A stretch of DNA of 64,000 nt, from NCBI RefSeq assembly GCF_001194135.2, contig NC_068981.1, forward strand, positions 131,841,555 to 131,905,554, read 5' to 3'. Below are positions 1 to 12,192 of the stretch, piece by piece. The translations under genes were made by a program, and so were the position numbers. Every line of letters begins with the position of its first letter. Within the stretch, counting starts at the first letter, position 1. Under the pieces are notes generated by a model, which was given only the letters and a program-made list of their open reading frames with translations, searched no databases and was not told the origin of the DNA. The DNA is from Octopus bimaculoides. Its lineage: Eukaryota.

Positions 1-44
1 AGAATGCTTTCACCTGCACATAAAAAAATTTCATTCTCCATTCT

Positions 45-421
45 GTTGTTGTTGGCACTCCGTTGCTTACGACGTCGAGGGTTCCAATTGATCCGATCAA
101 CGGAACAGCCTGCTCGTGAAATTAACGTGCAAGTGGCTGAGCACTCCACAGTCACGTGTACCCTTAACATAGTTCTTGAGGAGATTCAGTGTGACAAGGC
201 TGACCCTTTGAATTACAGGCACAACAGAAACAGGAAGTAAGAGTGAGGGAAAGTTGTGGTGGAAGTGTACAGCAGGGTTCGCCACCATCCCCTGCCGGAG
301 CCTCGTGGAGCTTTAGGTGTTTTCGTTCAATAAACACTCGCAACGTCCGGTCTGGGAATCGAAACCGCAATCCTATGACTGCGAGTCCACTGCCCTAACC
401 ACTGGGCCATTGCGCCTCCAC
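45..421 (-). mobile_element. Full-length tRNA-derived SINE with 13-bp target-site duplication
   Basis: Minus strand has an A box (tggcccagtgg), a B box (ggtttcgattccc) and a (caa)n tail; cattctccattct flanks both sides (32-44, 422-434). Confidence 0.85.
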
Positions 422-2278
422 CATTCTCCATTCTAGATCCAGCATAATTCTCGACATCATTGTTCTTTGTTTCAAATGTATTAAAGTTTTTAGAAGAACA
501 ATAGTTTCAGTATTTCTTGGCTAAGTTACTCTCAGCAATAAACTTTTGTTTTGGATTTCATCTAGTCATCAAGAAAAGCATTACCTGCAGGTTCACTATT
601 CATTTATGAGATACATGAATGATAGAGCTGTGAATCATAAGGTTTTCAAAGGGGATAATGTTTTGACTGTGTTAAAAATAGAGTTAGAATTGGTAATGAG
701 GTGGGTGAGGAATATAATATAGTTAACAAACAGGCAGGTATTCACCAAAGCTCTGTTCTTTGCTTAACCTTTTAAGCCAGCATGGTTTCAGGATGTAGAA
801 CTTTGGGAAGTTTCTTTATGGCAATAATCTTATTCTCATCTTAGAAATCAAAGGATTTTAAGTTTAGAAGCTGGGAGTCTCTAAATTTAGGAGGCTTGAT
901 TGAGTCAGTCACTCAGTTTAGAAATTTTGAAAGGACTAATTGGATAGAATCACAAAATCTAAGAGGAAAAACCTTTACTTAGTGTGTGGGACTGAAAGAC
1001 AGAGGTACTTAACCCTCAGAACCTCAGTAGCTGCTATTTCAGCCACAGATGCAAATACTCCAGCAGCCGCTTTACCGGCCAATATTTTCTGCATTGGAAA
1101 ACCAGTCAGCAACTGCTGGCTCGAGTGGCTCCACAAGCGCCAGTATTGGCGATAAAAAAACAAAACAAAAAAACAAGTGGTAAGGATAATGTTGCCCTCT
1201 ATTTGGTATTTTATTTCAATATGAGAGACAGAAATCACATTTTAGTTATACTGAAGTAATATTAGGCAAGAAATCATTTTATTTGCTCTTTTACCCAGGG
1301 AACATGGGGTGAGGGTGTCCAGAACAACAGGCATCTAGGGTTCAAAGGGTTAATATTGAGCAAGAAGCATAAACAGTACAGGAGGTTGATGGAAAGCTAC
1401 AAGATTATTTATATAAATGAGTGTAGTAGAGATAATTGGTTTCTTGGAGACAGCAACATTGGCATTGTCTGAATGAATTTAAACAGCACTGTTGACTCAT
1501 ACTACAATGAGAAAGCTTATCCAGAAAATTCTAATCCAGGAAGTTACTGTTGAAGAACATTAGACAATTTTACTTTTGCTAAACCCTTTCGTTACCGTAT
1601 TTATTTCGAGATGCTGTGTTTCTTTCAATTAATTTTAAATATAACAAAGAATTTAGTAAAATAACTTAGTTATCATTAAGCTGGTGTTAGGAACATAAAT
1701 TATGGCTAAGCTTTGGTGGAAGATTTTAATTCAAGACTTATGAAAACAAGACACTACAGAGCCAGAGCCAATTTCAGCTGGGTTGGTATCAAAAGGGTTA
1801 AAGGCAAGAAACTACTGAACTGTAATATAGACACCCTCAGTGAATCAATGGACATGACACTGCAGGATGTTTATATCATAATCACTAAAAAGAAAAGTGT
1901 TTCTCTGTCTATCTATAAAACTTGGGTAGTAAACAGATAGGAGCTAATTTAGTTACTTCTGTCAAAAGGTTCATTTATCTAGCACACATATGTTCTTACC
2001 AACATGATCACCTCTACTATGCACATGTACCAATTCTCTTAGCCTTATTTGGAAAATAACTTTGCATCTCGAATAAGTGATATTCATTCCTTTTCATTTG
2101 CTGCAAATCCTCCACATTAATTGGCCAAGTTTTATTACCATGTGATACACTCTTCCTACATATACCTTATATGTTACTGCATTAGTTATTATTTTATTAT
2201 ATTTATTGCTTGTTTAAATATTTTTATTGCTGTAATTTCATTTTCAGTTATTTTTTTTTTGTTTTTTGTTTTAAATAG

Positions 2279-2313
2279 CAACCAAAGAAAAAATTAAAGG
2301 AAGCCAACCAAAT
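2279..2313 (+). CDS. CENPT: CENP-T-like exon (35 nt, QPKKKLKEANQ)
   Basis: Long polypyrimidine tract + tag acceptor, gtaagt donor; ends in phase 2, compatible with the next exon. No conserved motif, so less certain. Confidence 0.55.
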
Positions 2314-5300
2314 GTAAGTTAACTGTTAAGATACTATATTTCAAGTGGAGAGTTACAAGTTTGTATTTTGTTACTGGTATGCCTGTGTCCTTAATAAGGC
2401 ACTTATCTTGCAGAGGATATAAAATAGAGATCAACTTGATGTGCTAATTAGATAGAATTGTTGTTGTTGTTTATGCCCCAGGTCAGACCAATGAGAATCT
2501 CATTAATTCAGAGTTATAGAATTTTACATTCAAAGTGAGGAATTGATAATGTTAGACTGAATGCCTTTCTACATATATATTTTATACATAAAAGTATTAG
2601 GTTATGTTGGGTAAAGAGGGGTTTTGAAAACCCATCATAAGTGTTCAGTTCACTTGTAATCTTTCAAGTTATAAAAATATAGTATTTAATTTTGGTTTAC
2701 AAGACCAATGTTTTATTTAAACTATTGTAATATTTATGATTATAAATAATTGTTTATAGGTTAGAAGATAGAAACTGAAAGAAGCCCATCGTGTGTGTGT
2801 CTTTGTATCAGTGTTTGTCCCCCACTGCTGCCGGTGTGCTTACATCCTCATAACTTAGCAATTCAGCAATAGAGACTGATAGAAGTACCAGGCTTAGAAA
2901 TAAATATATAAGTACTAGAGTTGATCCATTCAACTAAAAATTATTCAAGGTGGTGCCCCAGCATGGCTGCAGTCTAATGACTGAAACAAATGAAATATGA
3001 AGACAACTGTGTAAAGAAGTGCCAATCTCTATCTGTGGAGGAGACCTGTGACAGAGGTAAAACCCAGGAAGACATGGGACGAGGTGGTGAAGTATGAACT
3101 TTGAATGTTGGGCCTCATGGAGGCGACGACAAGTGACCAGGAACTTTGGCAATATGCTGTGCTTGAGAAGACTCATCAAGCTAGGTGAAATCATAGTTGT
3201 GACTGATGCTGATGTCACACTAATAGCACCTGTGCCAGTGATACATAAAAGCACCCGTGCCGATGACACATAAAATGTACCCATTACACTCTTGGAGTAG
3301 TTGGCATTAGGAAAGGCATCAAGCTGTAGAAACGATGCCAAGTTAGACTGGAACTTGATGCAGCTCTCTGGCTTACCAATTCCAGTCAAGCCATTTAACC
3401 CATGCCAGCATGGAAAGCATATACTAAATGATGATGATATATATATATATATAGATGTGGCTTATGCTGCAGCTGTTTTGCTTCTGACTAGTGTTTGTTG
3501 TTGGTGAATAGTCAGTCTATTTCTTAGAGTAAGCTTTGTTTGACCTATGTAATCTTCATTACATTCTTGACATTTGATACTATACAGGGTTATTCAAAAA
3601 GAATGAACCGATTTCATTATGCAATATTTTGATAAAGAAAAGCAATAGAAAACTTCAGCTAAGTCACAAGTATTTACTCAATTAACTTTTATTTCCTGTC
3701 TTACAACTGTTCAATGTGGCCACCACCTGTAGCATGGGTAACATCAATACAATAAGAGAATTCCTCCCAGACACATATCAGCATATCAAAAGCAAGTTCA
3801 TTATGGAACTAAAGAATAAATTTGCTTTACCTGAGGTGATTCCAGAAGATATTGACATAGAAGGGAAATGGAAAAACTTCGATAAAGCATTCAACCAGAT
3901 AGCCAAAAAAGTACTCGATGGATCGTGATATGCTGATATGTGTCTGGGAGGAATTCTCTTATCGCATTGGTGTTGATTGTGCTGTAGGTGGTGGTCAAAT
4001 TGAACACTTGTAAGACAGGAAATAAAAGTTGATTGTGAGTTAATACTTGTGACTTAGCTGGAGTTTTCTATTGCTTTTCCTTATCAAAATATTTTGTAAT
4101 GAAATCGGTTTGTTCTTTTTGAATAACCCTGTATATTAAATTCCTTGAAGAACAAGTAAAGTGATTTTTTTAATGGTAAAAATCTGTCCTGATTTGAATT
4201 TGTATGTTGTATCTTCAATAAGATTGATGCAAGTTCCACAATTGGGGTAGCTGTTGGTGTAGGAGTTGTGAGGAATTTTTTGAGAGACTTTGATTGTCTT
4301 TTAGTTTTGGTTATTTCGTGTATTTCGAATGCTTACATGGGAGTCCAGATATATGAACAATCAAAATTAAAATATGGCTTGAACTTCCACAAATATCAAC
4401 TAGAAAACTGGAAATGTTACTTAGATGACTGCCTAATCCAATGGATGTACACATTTCAACAACTTATAGATTTCAAAAACCTAATCAACAGCATAAACAA
4501 TAATATAAACTTCACCATGGAATACAGTAAAAGAGATAAAAACATTGAAACAGACATTCACTACAAACAAACAGATTCTAAACAATGCTTACTGTTCTCT
4601 TTATGTCAGTCCAAACATACAAAGAATATTATTCCCTCTAATCTAGCAAGAAGAATCTGCACAATTGTCTCAAACCCTGAAACTCGCAATAAAAGACTCC
4701 AGGAACTAAAACAAATACTACTTAAAAGACAATCTATAAAACATTGAAAGTCAGTTTGAGTCTGGCTTACTTATTTGTTTGCTTGCAAACCCAGCCAAAC
4801 TGATACATAATGGGAAAATACTATCAATTAAGTTTACCCTGAAATGTTAATACGAATGGAATGAAACCAGTTTCACATAAATTGGAGCAGTAGTTATTGA
4901 GATATTTGGCGTTTGGGGGTATAAATACCCAAAACGGTGCATAATGGGAAAAGGTTCGGAATATGACTTCATCATTAAAAACAGTGATTTGACAACAAAA
5001 AAATATTTTGTTTTTTTTACAGTGAATGTTTCTATTTTCACTTTTGTTACACATAATATTTTAATCATTTAGAAATATTTTTAAGTGAATGTAATTTCAA
5101 AAATATTGTTTGTACAGTAAGTATTTACAAAATAAACAATATTTTAATGTTTTTTAAAGTTATTTTCAAGTGAATATCATTGCAAAAAATTTTTTTTGCC
5201 ATATTTAAAAAATATTTTAAAGTGAAAATAACTTTAAAAATATGGTAAATATTTTGTAAAAGACCCATTCATAACCTCAGTGGGAAATAATTTTTTTCCA

Positions 5301-8300
5301 TAGGTTTTTTTTCGAGTGCATTGAATGTATCTCGCCTCCAAAGATTTGGCTGCTATTTCTAGCATACCCTGCTACCACATAACAGCTATTTGTGATAAAG
5401 GACCCAAAATACCTGTTACATGGTAGCAGGGCATGCAAGAAATAGCAGCCAAATCTTTCCTTTTCTGGGGAAAGGAGCCGTTTATGTATGATTTCGATGT
5501 CACATTCAGTGAAAGCATATGAAATAACCTGGAAAAGAAAAAACTCATGAAATAAAACTTTGTTGCTGGGAAACTCAGAGTTTCCTGGTGACCCAATGGG
5601 TCATGGGTAGTTTAGTATCCATTAAAGTTAATAGAAAACTGAATAGAACGTGCCAAGGTAATAAATATCCAAAATCTATGAAAAACGAAAAATGCTCCAG
5701 ATGCATCCAATAATTTACATAACCCAAGAAATAAAGAGGTTTACAATATTATCCCACTACTAAGACAAGCCAGCCCTCAGCCAAACTGTCCAACCCAAGC
5801 CAGATGGAAAGCAGACATTAAACAACGATGATGATGATGATTTTCAGATCCCTCACTGTATGTAGTTTTTACCTAATTTTTTCCTACTCAGATTAAATCC
5901 CTCTGGGCTTTTACATCCAACTATTAATCTTCTACAAATCGAGCAGAACTTGAATTTCATTTAATTTATCCATTTAGCCTATCAGTTTCTGTCAGTTTAT
6001 AAAGAATGTGAAAAAGGGTTATGGGTACTGCTTCATCCACTTCAGACTAATAAATGAAACCCCTTTGGAATTAAGATTATATAAAACTTTTTCCCCATCA
6101 CTTATTTTCATTGTTTAACTCCAGGTCAACCATAATCAAGTCGATCTTATAATCAAAAGCATTCTAGCCATGAAATGTGTGTTTTAAATTATACTAGCAG
6201 AAATATCCAGCGTTGCCTGGATTAAAGAAAATAATGAAATTCGAAAATGCCTTTTAGATCTCTAGCATGACACATGGATTATGCAGTTCTCAACAGTAAT
6301 TAGCTGAGGTACAAACTATTAATGTCAATAACATATTTTGTCCAATGTTCTCACTGTTAAAATTGTTAAAAAAAACAGGTAGTTCTTTGTCTTTGCAATC
6401 ACCTTCAATTTTCAGTACTTATTTGAAACACATTGAACCTGAAAATGCATAAACTTGGGAAGAACCAGCCTGCAGGCNNNNNNNNNNNNNNNNNNNNNNN
6501 NNNNNNNNNNNNNNNNNNNNNNNNNNNNNNNNNNNNNNNNNNNNNNNNNNNNNNNNNNNNNNNNNNNNNNNNNNNNNNNNNNNNNNNNNNNNNNNNNNNN
6601 NNNNNNNNNNNNNNNNNNNNNNNNNNNNNNNNNNNNNNNNNNNNNNNNNNNNNNNNNNNNNNNNNNNNNNNNNNNNNNNNNNNNNNNNNNNNNNNNNNNN
6701 NNNNNNNNNNNNNNNNNNNNNNNNNNNNNNNNNNNNNNNNNNNNNNNNNNNNNNNNNNNNNNNNNNNNNNNNNNNNNNNNNNNNNNNNNNNNNNNNNNNN
6801 NNNNNNNNNNNNNNNNNNNNNNNNNNNNNNNNNNNNNNNNNNNNNNNNNNNNNNNNNNNNNNNNNNNNNNNNNNNNNNNNNNNNNNNNNTCTTTATTGTG
6901 CTGGTTTTTCGTAAAATTTCGCACATGGGAAAGGCAACCAAATCACCCCTCCCCACTTTGAATAGGATATTCTTATCTTAAAAAGTAATAATCGATTATC
7001 TCGGTAACCATGGGAGTTGGAGGGCAATAAAAATCTCCTGAACATGAGCGGACCATGCTGCCACTCTGTGCTGAATTTCACGCGATTCCACTGCACCGTT
7101 CTCGAGTGAATCCGCCGACACTCAATCAATCAATCAATCAAGCAAGCAAGCAAGCAAGCAAGCAATCAAGAACACTGCAATTTATAGTATAGATTATTTA
7201 ATATATCATTGCCTTGTTTATGATAGTGGGGAAGGAGAATGAGATTTTAGCTGCTGTTTCTAGCAGGTCATGTGACCTTGTAAAAGCTCCATTGTACATC
7301 TGTCTTTTTACTTGTAAAAGCACTGGTGTGTTTCTCTTTCAATGAGTGCTTTTTCTAGAAATTCTTATAGAGTAGATTTATTCTGTTATGGCTTTATTTA
7401 TTTGTGTCTATTTTCTTTATTCAAATTATTGCAGAGCAAGAAGAAAACAGAAAGAGTATGCTGTACCTCCCCAAGTGACAGCTTCCATACTCAATCATTA
7501 TACAAAGATGGTTTTCCCACCTTCCTGTCATGATGTATTAGGTTTAATGTAAGTCTACTTTTGACTCATTTTACTCAATCGTCGTTTTTTGCTACTGAAA
7601 TGCATTACCACATTTATTGCACAACTTTGAGACTTATTCTATGCTAATGGAAGAAAGCCAGGTGTCTTCTCTGACTCCTTCCATCTTTTTTCCTCACATC
7701 AAAATCATAGAGGGAATATGTTTGCATGCTTATTTCACTCACAGCTTGGCTTTGCATTATTGACATATATTTCACTTCTCCTGATTCAGGCTGTGTTATA
7801 CATATATATATATATATATATAATNNNNNNNNNNNNNNNNNNNNNNNNNNNNNNNNNNNNNNNNNNNNNNNNNNNNNNNNNNNNNNNNNNNNNNNNNNNN
7901 NNNNNNNNNNNNNNNNNNNNNNNNATATATATATATATATATATATATATATTGCATATATATATATATATATTTATTATGCAATTGAACGCGACACATC
8001 CATTTCCAAGTATATATAAAGACTAAAGCATGAAAAATACATTTTATGAACATAGATGTTGATAATAATACGAATATAATGAATTCATAATATAATAATA
8101 TATGCATTATCATTCAATTCCCACGTGCAATTCATCTGACTTAGTCCCAAAAATAATAATTTATTTGAGAATGAAACAGTTGTAACTACAAAATTGAAAA
8201 TAATACCATAAATTCTAGTCTTTGCTTTAATATATCCATACTTTGCAGCTAATATACTTGACCAAGAATTTCAACTTGTTTGTATAGTTTTTCTCCTTAA

Positions 8301-11300
8301 AAATAAAACATTTGCATGCATATAGTTTGTGTGTTTAAGTATATGCTTATACATAGATGCACACACACAAGCATGTATATGATGCAAACTGTAAAAACAC
8401 AACAGATGATTGTGTCTATAATTTAAAGTCCAGCCTTGTCACGTTGTATCACTGATTCCAGCTGACAATTGCATTTAGATTAAACATATCTGGAATACTC
8501 AGCCACTTACATACTATTTCAACAAACACCATTCAGTTGATTGAACAACTGAATACTCGTCATTGACAAACCTAATAAATATACATGTTTTATAGATCTC
8601 CATCAGTTTCAATGTCCACCACATTACAAAAGTTAAATTTTATCAGTGATTTTGTCAATTTGACAAATGCAGTTTGAAATTGTTCAATCTTAGTTATTTC
8701 TTCATTGAAATATAACATTTGTGGTACTAAAACTGCATCTTATTTCAGTTAACCTTATGTAATACGCGCTTTACTAAGACTAACAGTGTAAGACCTCTTT
8801 AGTTTTCCTTATCAAGTATATCTCCTTTAGCTTTACAATAACATTACTATACTTGCTTTGTTTGATTGAGTAATTAGCACATGACCATTTTGTTTTATTG
8901 GTCATAAGCATTTAAAGGTTTGAGGAACCTGCAGTTTTCTCTGCCTTGTTATCTACACTTTAGCTAACCTCTATAGTCGGCTTGTGTTGATTCCACTTGA
9001 TATAGCAAATACCACTTATTAGCATTCATACTTCTCTTGCATATGACACTGAAGTGACATTATCTTACTTCTTCCACTGCCATTGGGAGCAAATGTGACA
9101 TCATCATTACAGACATACATCTTCCAACATAAAAGCATTGTACAGTTTGTATTTTTGTATGTATGTGTACACTCACACACACATAAAAATATCGTTTCTG
9201 TTCTTTTATAAACCATTATAATTCTCACAATTCCTTTTATTATCAATTAATTTTTTCACTTTTTCTATTTTTTCTTCAGATCCAATGATTATTTTGATAA
9301 CTTATTTGCTACCCTGTCTTCATATTCTCGTAAACAAAGAAGATTAACAATCTGTCAGTCAGATGTAGAGCTCTATTTTAAAAAGTAACTCATTTTCCTT
9401 TCTCTTTTTACTTTTTGTTTTACATTCATTTCTTCATTTGGCAGAGGGATGTTTTGCAAACAGCATTTTTGATATTTGCAGTACTTAACATCAAATAGAA
9501 CAGGCATTTTAATAACAAGCTAACATGGCTGTGTTTCATTTTAAGTATTGCACACAGCATTCTTGTGTGTGCAGTACTTAACTAAAGACTTTTGCAGGGT
9601 AGACTTCAAGATCCAACATTCACAACTATATAACAAAACAGATTCTACTGTTGCTAAGCTTAATATGTTAAGGAAAGTTGGAGTTTCATACATTGACTGT
9701 GCCATACAAAGCCTTCCATGCAGTTGCCTTCTTCACTTTGAGTTTTTGTTTTGACACGTTGACTCAAGACCCAAGTATTTGAAGTCTTTGAATTCTGTCA
9801 GAGCAGTGCCTCCTGTAGTTATTAGAAGTGAATGGTCCAGGAGGATATTGTAGCAATGACGTTCATTTTCATGACATTGAACCAAAGGCTAGCCTCACAC
9901 TCTCTGCTTGAAAGCTCCTGTACCTGCTCTATGCAGTTAAACAGCAGGCTGATGACATCTATATAGTCCATGTCTGTGAGGACTACAGAAGGGAGTCATC
10001 TTGACCTGTTAGGCATGATTGTGAAAATTGGGTTCAGGACCTGTGAAATTATATTCATTGCTCTGAACTCTACTACAAATATGTTGGTGTTATTAAGTTG
10101 TCTCAGTCACCTCTGCATGAGAAAACCAGTATTATAGAGGTAGCTAATCAAGTATTTGAATACAACTAATAAATCTTGCACCTTAGACTTACATGCTTCA
10201 ATCTGAGGAATAGCCCCTCTCAGACTAGCTAGAGTTTTACAGGTTTTTGTTTATAGAGAAAACAAAGGTAAGAAGTTGAATTTCTCATTTTTTTCCCTTA
10301 GAAAGAAAGGCTGGGTAAAAGGTTTAGTATTGGGTTTCAATAATTAGAAACAATAGATCTGATAAGAGGTGGCTATATCATATAGGTTTGGCTATGTGAT
10401 TCAGTATTGTATAGTGATTGACTATAAGAAGCAGCCAAGGCAAACTGCATGTGTTTTGTATCTTACAACAAAGGTGAGATGAACACAGCTTGGTTTTCAA
10501 TTGACCAATGAAATTCAGCTCACTAACCATTATATTGTAACCTTGGGTGAAATACTTAACTCTGTCTCATCATACACTTTTTGTTTCTTTGAAATATCAG
10601 GAAGATACTGGGTTGATTCAGTTGACTGAATCTCCTCCCTACAAAAATGGCCTTGTATTTTGGAAACAGAGATTGTTCTTTATTGTTAGAGATTGTTTAA
10701 CCCTTTAGCGTCCAGATTACTATGTCAAATGTTCTGCTTATTTATTTACATTGTCTTGAATTAATCATGCATTATCCTGTAGCTTCGAGATTTTGATGTA
10801 GTAATTAGTTAGAATGACATATTAGTGTAGGTTTCAGGGGCCAGATCTGATTGGACCGAGCATAAAACAGGTAGAGTATTTGGGACTGACACAGCTGGTT
10901 TAAATACTAAAGGGTTAATAATAATAATGCTGATGTGGGAATGATGATAATCTGTAGTATCTCAAGTTGTGCCTCAATAAAATTGTTACTTATCATAAAC
11001 TGATTTAATTCAAGCATTTATATTCTCTCCTCCTTTTTCTCCTATATTCTCTTTTTTCATTTTCTCCAACATTAACTTTGTGTTAAGCTTAAGGAAATTG
11101 TTATTATTTATTCATTAAAATAATATTACTTGGCAAATGAAACTATTCTGTCTGGTTCCCAATTGACAATGTTTTGTGTCAGTTAACTTTCTACTTCCAT
11201 GACTTCCAATTCCAAAAAAATCAAACTTTATGATGCATTTATAAAATTTATATAATGCTGCAGCATTATGTTTCATTATTTCACCCATTGAGTTATAAAC

Positions 11301-12192
11301 AATGATGTATAGTGATAAGTTTGCAGTGAGCTTTGTTCAAAACTAGAAAAGGCATTTAATTTTCAGTTCCTTATAAATTCAAACTCTCATGTTATGCTGA
11401 TTATGAATAGTCAAGCCATAGAAACAGATATATGATGTGCAGCCCTTTGCCTGTCTTGTGTGTCATATGTGATACACAAGACATATTTCCCTGGCACCCA
11501 TGCATCATATGTGATGCACATTCTGATACACTCCTCACTGTATTAAAAATTATTTATGATGTGCTCTGTGGATCACATATGATACACATGTTTTTATTCC
11601 ATCATCACATGTTACCCGCCAACTAAACCAGATTAACCTTCAGTAACTAAAAGTCTGAAAACAAGCATGGGCGTTCAAGACTAACTTATGATAATGCTTT
11701 GAACAGGCACAAGATTAATATTCCGTCTGTATGAAAAAAAAATTATATTTCTTTCCATTACTTCCTTATGTATGTCTTACTGTAATTTTTTTACTCACTC
11801 TTGTCTTATTATAGTAATAATGAAATTATTGTGTCTAGTGCTCAGGTGCATGTACAGTACATAGAATTATGTACAAAGTACATCACAATCTGCACAGACA
11901 TAAGCATTGAAATAACTTAGACTTTTTAATTAGTGTTTCACTACCTTGACATACATTTGCACACATAAATATATACCATTCAGCTCTTTTTAACATTTCA
12001 GTTAATTATTATTTCAGTGTTGGATTCACCAATGAACACACATCACTCAACTCCTTAATTCGAGAACACTTGTCGCTGGTGGATCAACAAAAGCTAATAC
12101 CTGTTGCTCGAGCTGTCATACCAAGCAAGAACTCTAAACGCAAAAGTAAAACAAGAGATTCAACCAACATTTCTGCTTCTACTTCTAAATGA
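2279..12192 (+). CDS. CENPT: CENP-T-like centromere protein, 3' portion (histone-fold C-terminus); exons 2279-2313, 7435-7548, 9280-9384, 12018-12192
   Basis: Four GT-AG exons join in frame: QPKKKLKEANQI-ARRKQKEYAVPPQVTASILNHYTKMVFPPSCHDVLGLI-SNDYFDNLFATLSSYSRKQRRLTICQSDVELYFKN-VGFTNEHTSLNSLIREHLSLVDQQKLIPVARAVIPSK...TSK*. From memory this resembles the human CENP-T C-terminus (YFQHLCDDLEVFAAHAGRKTVKPEDLELLMRRQGLVTDQVSLHVLVERHLPLEYRQLLIPCA). Upstream exons not found in the window. Confidence 0.75.
3010..3445 (+). mobile_element. 5'-truncated RTE-clade LINE 3' end
   Basis: Decayed C-terminus PRKTWDEVVK...DQELWQYAVLEK, followed by the family 3' UTR and a (gat)n tail. Confidence 0.75.
3450..4747. 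mobile_element. Rearranged Penelope-like element: GIY-YIG endonuclease on - (4330-4134 and 3584-3450) and RT C-terminus on + (4340-4747)
   Basis: Minus strand: KRQSKSLKK / PNCGTC..FKSGQIF / NLIY|SIKCQECNEDYIGQTKLTLRNRL. Plus strand: YLDDCLIQW..FTME..IETDIHYKQTDSKQ..IPSNLARRICTIVS. Confidence 0.8.
3585..4131. mobile_element. Tc1/mariner-type fold-back MITE with about 205-bp TIRs and TA TSD
   Basis: 3585-3788 is the reverse complement of 3926-4131 (cagggttattcaaaaaga...); TA at 3583-84 and 4132-33. Confidence 0.88.
6194..6222 (-). mobile_element. Helitron-like 3' terminus (hairpin + CTAG|T)
   Basis: Perfect 6-bp stem atccag-cgttgc-ctggat (6205-6222) 7 nt from ctag (6194-97); the rest of the element runs into an N gap. 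Confidence 0.45.
7435..7548 (+). CDS. CENPT: CENP-T-like exon (histone-fold helix 1)
   Basis: ttgcag acceptor, gtaagt donor, open frame ARRKQKEYAVPPQVTASILNHYTKMVFPPSCHDVLGL. Confidence 0.75.
9280..9384 (+). CDS. CENPT: CENP-T-like exon (histone-fold helices 2-3)
   Basis: ttcttcag acceptor, gtaact donor, SNDYFDNLFATLSSYSRKQRRLTICQSDVELYFK (RxTI..D histone-fold motif). Confidence 0.8.
9520..10200 (-). mobile_element. Decayed RTE-like LINE remnant
   Basis: Minus strand DFKYLGS..KKATAWKAL, similar to the copy at 27335. Confidence 0.5.
10701..10914. mobile_element. TTAA-flanked MITE (piggyBac-like termini CCCTTTAG...CTAAAGGG)
   Basis: TTAA at 10697-10700 and 10915-18. Same-family copies at 40669-40880 and 22805-23368 (opposite orientation); a related element at about 1584-1797. 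Confidence 0.7.
12018..12192 (+). CDS. CENPT: CENP-T-like terminal exon
   Basis: atttcag acceptor, VGFTNEHTSLNSLIREHLSLVDQQKLIPVA..., TGA at 12190-12192. Confidence 0.8.

Noticed and set aside
330-421. tRNA gene (also SINE heads at 19898 and 58540-58610)
   Set aside because: A/B boxes continue into SINE bodies with tails and TSDs; no complete cloverleaf
4950-5260. Degenerate AT-rich periodicity around aagtgaat
   Set aside because: No consistent unit length could be established by eye
6405-6981. Long ORFs across N runs (also 7718-8113, 21147-21581, 46365-47014)
   Set aside because: Artefacts of assembly gaps translated as X
11453-11482. 13-bp hairpin gtcttgtgtgtca-tatg-tgatacacaagac
   Set aside because: Lies in a patch of repeated catatgtgat words; too short and low-complexity to call functional
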